A stretch of DNA of 28,097 bases from a virus (taxonomy: Duplodnaviria; Caudoviricetes), in the IMG/VR virus record IMGVR_UViG_3300012952_000096, positions 1 to 28,097 of that record, one strand, 5' to 3'. This document shows positions 22,940 to 28,097 of this stretch, piece by piece; positions within the stretch are counted from its first letter, which is position 1, and each line of letters begins with the position of its first letter. The translations under genes and the position numbers were made by a program. Below the pieces are notes generated by a model, which made no database searches, had not been told where the DNA came from, and was given only the letters and a program-made list of their open reading frames with translations.

Positions 22940-23449
22940 ATGACAGAAGAACTTAATTTTAAAGCTATATGCAGCCTCACTACTAATGTAATGGGGCTGC
23001 CTGAAGGCTCTTTATCTTTTAATAATAGAACTAGAAACATACAAGCTGCAAGATCAGTAGCAGGATATATAGGATTAAAAGAAGAGAATATTGATAGAAA
23101 GATAATAGCAAAAATTCTTAAAAGAGATAGGACTGCTACTTATCACTATGAAAATACTCATCATAAAAATTTTAAACATTGTATTGTTTATAGAAATACT
23201 TTTACAAAAGTCTATAAAAAATATAAAGATATAGATGAAAAAAAAGATGTATTTATAACAAGCAAACAGATGAAAAATCACTTGTTACAAAACAAGGTTT
23301 ATGAATCAAGAAATTCAGATGTTAAATTACAGATTACAAGTGGTGAGGTTAAATGTATTATATATACTTCTTATTTTGATTTTTCTAATCAAATAGAAAA
23401 TGTTAAACTTGCAATGAAAAACTATCACTATACTGTAAACATTATATAA
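22940..23449 (+). CDS. DnaA domain IV (Bac_DnaA_C)-like DNA-binding protein
   Basis: R.RNIxxARxxAxYI...IAxxLxRDRTAxxH resembles DnaA R.R.IxxARQxAMYL...IGxxFxRDHxTVxH; no AAA+ domain. Confidence 0.65.
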   Translation: MTEELNFKAICSLTTNVMGLPEGSLSFNNRTRNIQAARSVAGYIGLKEENIDRKIIAKILKRDRTATYHYENTHHKNFKHCIVYRNTFTKVYKKYKDIDEKKDVFITSKQMKNHLLQNKVYESRNSDVKLQITSGEVKCIIYTSYFDFSNQIENVKLAMKNYHYTVNII

Positions 23450-24042
23450 TGGATAAACCGAACTACTATGCTATAATACCTGCTGAAGTAAGGTACTCAA
23501 GTTTAAAACCTAATGCTAAACTTCTTTATGGAGAAATAACTGCATTAAGTGGAAAGCTTGGGTACTGTTATGCAACTAACAACTATTTTGCTGAATTGTA
23601 TGGAGTTAGTAAAAACACAGTTAGCAGGTGGCTTAGCGAATTAAATAAATTAGGATTTATAAATATAGAAGTAGAACGCAACGAAAATAAACAAGTGATT
23701 AAAAGAAAGGTAGGTATTATTAAAAAAGACAATAGCCCTATATATAAAATAAGCAAAGAGAATAATACAAGTATTAATAATACAAGAAATATAAATATAA
23801 CTAAAGAAAAATTTATTTCAGAGGTTATGACTTTTGATTATCCTAAAGATATGTTAGAGGATTTTATAAACTACTGGACAGAGGGTAAAAACAAAATGAG
23901 ATACCAAAAACAAAGCACTTTTGAAATAAAATTAAGATTGTTGCGTTGGGATAAAAATAATAAGTCCTGGAATAAACCTAAAACAATGGGCAAGATACAC
24001 TCACAATTAAACGAATGGCAAGAAGCTAAAAAACTATTATGA
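23449..24042 (+). CDS. Phage replication initiator/replisome organiser (N-terminal wHTH)
   Basis: YYAIIPAxVRY..LxxxAKLLYGEI..GYCxAxNxYFAELY motif. Confidence 0.78.
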   Translation: MDKPNYYAIIPAEVRYSSLKPNAKLLYGEITALSGKLGYCYATNNYFAELYGVSKNTVSRWLSELNKLGFINIEVERNENKQVIKRKVGIIKKDNSPIYKISKENNTSINNTRNINITKEKFISEVMTFDYPKDMLEDFINYWTEGKNKMRYQKQSTFEIKLRLLRWDKNNKSWNKPKTMGKIHSQLNEWQEAKKLL

Positions 24043-24248
24043 AAGAATTAGAATATAATGAAAATATTATAGAAGATTTAGGATTAAGTGAAATGCAAAT
24101 TTTAAATATAATATCAAGATGGTATGTTAATGGAATGATGCCTGACATAATACAAAATGAAGATGGTTGTGAGTTAGATGAATTAGTTGATGATTTGTTT
24201 TATACTAAACTTGAAGAAGAAGAATTAATAAAAAACATTAAATTATGA
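24039..24248 (+). CDS. Hypothetical acidic protein
   Basis: ATGA overlaps at both ends. Confidence 0.6.
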   Translation: MKELEYNENIIEDLGLSEMQILNIISRWYVNGMMPDIIQNEDGCELDELVDDLFYTKLEEEELIKNIKL

Positions 24249-24607
24249 AACCACTAAAAAACGAAAACTTACAAGAATTAACTGAAAAGGTCTTAGACTT
24301 AGTAGCAAAGACTTCAGTAGAGATAGGACATAAAACAGATGCAAATACAATGGCAACATTAAGTAAGATATTTGCACAAGATCTTATACAAGAGAAACGC
24401 TTTGGCAATATGACATTTAATCAAGTTGAAGATGCTTTTAGGCAGGGTGTAAGATTTGGAAAGGATGAACCATTTTTAAACATTAGAACTTTTTACAAGT
24501 GGACTTACGCTCATAAAAAAGTAATAGATGATGCATATCATCAAGTACATACATTAGGTCAAAAAAATGTACCTTTTTATCAAGAACCAATAAAACTACT
24601 CAAATGA
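24245..24607 (+). CDS. Hypothetical protein (helicase-loader position)
   Basis: Follows the initiator gene; function inferred from synteny only. Confidence 0.5.
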   Translation: MKPLKNENLQELTEKVLDLVAKTSVEIGHKTDANTMATLSKIFAQDLIQEKRFGNMTFNQVEDAFRQGVRFGKDEPFLNIRTFYKWTYAHKKVIDDAYHQVHTLGQKNVPFYQEPIKLLK

Positions 24608-24666
24608 TAGGGTGGGTAATAATCGCAGCAATAGTGCTGCATATAAACTATAAATTAAAAGAATGA
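24604..24666 (+). CDS. 20-aa hydrophobic micro-protein (MIGWVIIAAIVLHINYKLKE)
   Basis: ATGA overlaps at both ends. Confidence 0.55.
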   Translation: MIGWVIIAAIVLHINYKLKE

Positions 24667-24881
24667 AAACACTAACACAAAAAGAAAGAATTATTAGACA
24701 TTTAAAAGACAAAAGATCAATTACATCATTAGAAGCTATGAGAGAGTATGGCATAATGCGTTTAACATCAAGAATTTGTGAATTAAAAAACGAGGGCTAT
24801 TTAATTAGAAGTGAGTTTGTTAGCAGTAAAAATAGATACAATGAGCCTGTATCTTTTAGTAAATATTCACTAATAAGATAA
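24663..24881 (+). CDS. Helix-turn-helix protein (HTH_39-like)
   Basis: TQxxRIxxHL...ITxLEA...GIxRLxxRIxELxxxG motif. Confidence 0.8.
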   Translation: MKTLTQKERIIRHLKDKRSITSLEAMREYGIMRLTSRICELKNEGYLIRSEFVSSKNRYNEPVSFSKYSLIR

Positions 24882-25286
24882 TTGAAGTCAATAAGTAAAC
24901 TTAAAAAAGAACTAGATAAGTGGTTTAGTCTTTACATTAGACTAAGAGATAGTCAAAATGGCTTAGTACAATGTTTTACTTGTGGCGTGGTTAAACATTA
25001 TAAATCAGGAATGCAATGCGGACACTTTCAATCTAGACGGTTTATGGCAACTAGATATGATGAACAAAACTGTTCAGCTCAATGTGTCGCTTGTAATATG
25101 TTTAGAGCAGGAGAGCAATATAGGTTTGCTTTAGCTATTGATGCTAAATACGGTGAAGGAACAGCAGATGATTTACAATTTAAAGCTAGACAAACAATGA
25201 AGTTTACTAGAGCTGATTATGAAGATAAAATAAGTTATTACAAGTCAGTTGTTAAAAAATTAAAAAAAGAAAAGGGAATAGAATAA
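24882..25286 (+). CDS. ninG: NinG/Rap-family recombination endonuclease (TTG start)
   Basis: FSxYIRLRD, CxTCG, GHF.SR..TRYDE.N..AQCxxCN motifs. Confidence 0.85.
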   Translation: MKSISKLKKELDKWFSLYIRLRDSQNGLVQCFTCGVVKHYKSGMQCGHFQSRRFMATRYDEQNCSAQCVACNMFRAGEQYRFALAIDAKYGEGTADDLQFKARQTMKFTRADYEDKISYYKSVVKKLKKEKGIE

Positions 25287-25295
25287 TTTTTTTTA

Positions 25296-25303
25296 TAACT
25301 TTG
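25296..25303 (+). promoter_or_regulatory. Bacteroidetes -7 element upstream of the sigma-factor operon
   Basis: Exact TAACTTTG in the 21-nt intergenic gap; no clear -33 element. Confidence 0.45.
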
Positions 25304-25307
25304 AAAA

Positions 25308-25664
25308 ATGCACATTCCTATTTATTCAAGTGAAGAACATAAATCAATAGTAGATGTTTATGTTTTAATGTGCAAGCAATTTGTAGAAGAAGTAACTACA
25401 AAGGCAAGATACAAAAATTATTTAGAGGTGTTAGACTTAGTTATAGAATATTCTAACAACTATGGCAAAGGAGTTAGAGAGAATAATTTTTATGACTGGA
25501 TTACTATAATACCAATAAATATATCTGTTGCTACTAACGGATTTTTTGCAGGAGTAGAAACTAAAACTAACTCAGCAGTTATTAGAGCGTATAAAGTTGT
25601 GCTAGATCAAATGCTTCAAGAAGTTATTGATAGAATAGACAAACTAGAACCTGCTCATGACTGA
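25308..25664 (+). CDS. Hypothetical protein
   Basis: 118 aa; overlaps the sigma gene start. Confidence 0.65.
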   Translation: MHIPIYSSEEHKSIVDVYVLMCKQFVEEVTTKARYKNYLEVLDLVIEYSNNYGKGVRENNFYDWITIIPINISVATNGFFAGVETKTNSAVIRAYKVVLDQMLQEVIDRIDKLEPAHD

Positions 25665-26238
25665 TATTTATATTGAAATATCAAAGCTAACAGATAAGTT
25701 CAGAACAATGGCGTATGGAATAACAACAGATGAAAATAAAATAAATGAAGCAGTACAGGAATTGATGCTTTATTTTTTACAAATGAATCCTGAAACTCTT
25801 AGGAATATTTATGAAAAAGATGGAATAGATGGAATAACAAGATACGGTGCTGTTGCATTAAGAAGAGCATTAACAAGCACAAGAAGTAACTTTTATTATA
25901 AATTTGAAAAGTATTATACACATATTGATAGCTCTGTTTTTAGTTCTAATACAACTGACACTAATGAGTATATTATTCCTGATGGTTTTAATTATAAAGA
26001 TATTTCAAATATTCCAAACGAAGAAGTAGATAATCACAAGCTAATGAAATTAGAAGCAATAGATAAAGAGTTAGATAAGCTAGAAAGCTGGTACGATAGA
26101 AAATTATTCCAGTTATATTATAGTGGTGAAACTCTTGACAGTCTAGCGGCTAAGACTAAAATAAGTCGCAACAGTCTTTTCACAACAATAGATAAAGTAC
26201 GAACAATAATTAAAAAGAAATTAAATGAAGATTTATGA
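25657..26238 (+). CDS. ECF-like (group 4) RNA polymerase sigma-70 factor
   Basis: Region 2-like EAVQELMLYF and region 4 HTH (L..YDRKLFQLYY.GETLDSLAAKTKISRNSLFTTIDKVR); 193 aa. Confidence 0.75.
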   Translation: MTDIYIEISKLTDKFRTMAYGITTDENKINEAVQELMLYFLQMNPETLRNIYEKDGIDGITRYGAVALRRALTSTRSNFYYKFEKYYTHIDSSVFSSNTTDTNEYIIPDGFNYKDISNIPNEEVDNHKLMKLEAIDKELDKLESWYDRKLFQLYYSGETLDSLAAKTKISRNSLFTTIDKVRTIIKKKLNEDL

Positions 26239-26347
26239 TCCTGTAAAAAAAGATAGTTTTGTAATGCAGTTTGGTTTTAAAAGTCCAAACTGGCATCCAA
26301 GAACTAAAAATACTTATATAAAAAAAGAAGATAGAAAAAGTGAATAG
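26225..26347 (+). CDS. 40-aa micro-protein (MKIYDPVKKDSFVMQFGF...)
   Basis: Bridges the gap, overlapping both neighbours. Confidence 0.5.
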   Translation: MKIYDPVKKDSFVMQFGFKSPNWHPRTKNTYIKKEDRKSE

Positions 26348-26741
26348 ATTTTTTGTTCCTGATGAAGTCTATCAAGACAGGGTAGCAATATGTAAAAAAT
26401 GTGTTTACTATTTTAAACCAACAGGAACTTGTAAGCGGTGCTTGTGTTTTATGAAAGTAAAAGCAAGACTAGCACCAATGGCGTGTCCTCAGAAGTATTG
26501 GGATAAAACAACAGAAGTACATACACCTGATGACTTGCCGCAAGAGATAATAGATGAGATATTAGATATGTGGAAAGACTTAAAGACAGGAAGGGCAAAA
26601 GATGTTCAAGCTAAAAAGAGAATGATAGAAACATACAACACAATACACATGACTAATTATTCTTCTACTACAAATTGCGGATCATGCATATCAACTTGTT
26701 ATGATGCAATTAAAAAACTATATAAAAAATACAGCGAATGA
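26340..26741 (+). CDS. Cys-rich putative zinc-binding protein
   Basis: RxxICxxC, CxxCxCF, CPxxxW and C-terminal CGSC motifs. Confidence 0.7.
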   Translation: MNRFFVPDEVYQDRVAICKKCVYYFKPTGTCKRCLCFMKVKARLAPMACPQKYWDKTTEVHTPDDLPQEIIDEILDMWKDLKTGRAKDVQAKKRMIETYNTIHMTNYSSTTNCGSCISTCYDAIKKLYKKYSE

Positions 26742-26920
26742 TAAAGAACACAAAAAAAATTGTAAACTACTACTTTAAAAATCCTGACAAAAATAGTAAT
26801 AAAGAAATGGCTAAAAAGTTTAATATTTGCCCTGTAACTTTTAGTAAGATACTGTCTAAGGAATTAAAAAAAAGAAGAGAAAACAGTATGGTTAGAAGAT
26901 TAATGAAAAAGTATGATTGA
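26738..26920 (+). CDS. Small basic HTH-like protein
   Basis: KEMAKKFNICPVTFSKIL helix-turn-helix pattern. Confidence 0.55.
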   Translation: MIKNTKKIVNYYFKNPDKNSNKEMAKKFNICPVTFSKILSKELKKRRENSMVRRLMKKYD

Positions 26921-27035
26921 AGCATTAAGACATATAATAGGTATTTGTGGAGAGCCACACCCAAGTTTAATTACTTTATTACTTGGCACACCTATTGCGA
27001 GTTATTTAATATATAAAATAAAAAATAAAAAATGA
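26913..27035 (+). CDS. 40-aa membrane micro-protein (HIIGICGEPHPSL + TM)
   Basis: Overlaps both neighbours; hydrophobic segment plus basic tail. Confidence 0.55.
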   Translation: MIEALRHIIGICGEPHPSLITLLLGTPIASYLIYKIKNKK

Positions 27036-27289
27036 AACAAGATTATAAAAGAACACCTGAACCAAGTTATTATTCAGGAACTCTGTATGGTTATTCAGCT
27101 AAAGATATAGTTGATGATTTTAACTTAAATGCATGGACTGCTCAGGCAGTACAGTATATACTTAGAGCAGGAAAAAAAGATGGTAGCCCTGCTGAACAAG
27201 ATATACAAAAGGCTATTAATGTTTTACACTTTGAGCTAGATAAACTTTATGAAGAAAGTAAAACTAAAACAGGGGGGCTAGCAAAATGA
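27032..27289 (+). CDS. DUF3310-family protein
   Basis: PxYY, AxxYIxRAGKK and EQDIxKA motifs. Confidence 0.75.
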   Translation: MKQDYKRTPEPSYYSGTLYGYSAKDIVDDFNLNAWTAQAVQYILRAGKKDGSPAEQDIQKAINVLHFELDKLYEESKTKTGGLAK

Positions 27290-27543
27290 CTTTATACAAA
27301 TGCAAATGCGGCAAAGAAGAAAAACAAGTAAACAAAGCTAAAATAGTTTACAGAGATAGCAAATGGGTTGCAGATGTTATTTGTAGTTGTAGTGATTATA
27401 TGAATAGCGAACCTGAAGATGGTATGCCTAGCCTTAAAAGAACTGAAGCATCTTTAAGTAAAAAAATACAGGGAGATAAACTTTGGGCAGGTGCTAAAGA
27501 AAAATTAATAGGAGATCGAGGTATTAACGAAAAATTTAACTAA
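27286..27543 (+). CDS. Zinc-ribbon-like protein
   Basis: YxCxCG...CxC motif. Confidence 0.55.
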   Translation: MTLYKCKCGKEEKQVNKAKIVYRDSKWVADVICSCSDYMNSEPEDGMPSLKRTEASLSKKIQGDKLWAGAKEKLIGDRGINEKFN

Positions 27544-28049
27544 TGAAATTATTATATTTATTATTATACATGCAAACACAAATGTCAGTTAACTGGTGTG
27601 ACTCAATATCATATTCAGTAATAGAAAACTCAAATGGTGTTTTTAGCGTAATGATTGAAACAACAGACTCTTTAGATAATTATTGTGATACAGTTGATGT
27701 TTCATGGGGGGTTTGTAATACTAGTCTTTGTTTTAGTGGTTTTGGTGCATGGGCATCTTTTCCAATAATACAACTTACAGACACTGTAAAAGTATGTTAC
27801 AATGCTTACATAATGAATCCACAAGGTTTAGGAACTACAATGATACCTTGCGTAGACCAATGTGATACTGTTGTATTTAATGGTTATGAGTGGGTACAAT
27901 TTCCAATAACAAGTAGTGTTGGCGTAAATGAAATACCATTAAAATTTAATAAAAAAATATATAACCTGCAAGGCATAAAACTTTTTAAAGAGCCTAAAAA
28001 TAAAATTTATATTAAGAACAGAAAGCTGCATTATGAACTTCGTGATTAA
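27543..28049 (+). CDS. Putative secreted Cys-rich protein with T9SS-like C-terminal domain
   Basis: N-terminal MK + hydrophobic stretch; C-terminal VGVNEI...KIYNLQG....P.NKIYIKNRK. Confidence 0.55.
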   Translation: MKLLYLLLYMQTQMSVNWCDSISYSVIENSNGVFSVMIETTDSLDNYCDTVDVSWGVCNTSLCFSGFGAWASFPIIQLTDTVKVCYNAYIMNPQGLGTTMIPCVDQCDTVVFNGYEWVQFPITSSVGVNEIPLKFNKKIYNLQGIKLFKEPKNKIYIKNRKLHYELRD

Positions 28050-28097
28050 TACAAGTCAAGACAAACAGAATCTTTTTAATTACTTAAAAGAACTTGA
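27975..28097. repeat. Terminal direct repeat, right copy
   Basis: Identical to 1..123. Confidence 0.97.

Larger units (their letters stand above)
1..28097 (+). mobile_element. Complete tailed phage genome (Caudoviricetes, siphovirus-like), probable Bacteroidetes host
   Basis: Terminase, portal, protease, capsid, tail tube, tape measure, lysis and lambdoid nin-type genes present; circular; no host housekeeping genes. Confidence 0.95.

Noticed and set aside
23075-26964. Minus-strand ORFs 23075..23281 and 26770..26964
   Set aside because: Phe/Ile-rich antisense of Lys/Asn-rich genes.
1-28097. Alternative genetic code, DGR, tRNA, intron/intein, integrase
   Set aside because: Genes are intact in code 11; I recognised no reverse transcriptase, TR/VR pair, cloverleaf, splicing motif or recombinase by eye.

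Overview
The window is a complete, circularly assembled ~27,974-bp genome (123-bp terminal overlap) of an AT-rich tailed dsDNA phage, probably a short-tailed siphovirus of a Bacteroidetes (likely marine Flavobacteriales-type) host. Host evidence: TAnnTTTG promoters, A-rich SD-less translation starts, a DUF3127-type SSB and a T9SS-like C-terminal domain. All credible genes are on the + strand. Late region (485-21209): TerS, TerL, frameshifting tail chaperone, tail/neck genes, tape measure, XkdF-like protease, scaffold, capsid, tail tube, fibre module, multi-domain portal, adaptor, holins/DUF5675 lysin and a metallophosphoesterase, in a scrambled order. Early region (21322 wrapping to 442): SSAP-like protein, SSB, DnaA-domain-IV-like protein, replication initiator, NinG, ECF-like sigma factor, DUF3310, T9SS-like cargo, NinB. 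I recognised no integrase, repressor, DNA polymerase, tRNA or CRISPR. Most interesting is an apparent regulatory circuit: five copies of a bipartite late promoter (CAAAYRAA-N11-TCTATTATAT) that fits the phage sigma factor; a predicted ~80-nt antisense sRNA with a host-type promoter and terminator that carries three copies of that promoter's -10 sequence (possible sigma decoy); and a 12-bp-phased DnaA-box-like array over the early promoter, paired with a phage DnaA-domain-IV protein. Family assignments come from motif recognition by eye, not database searches.
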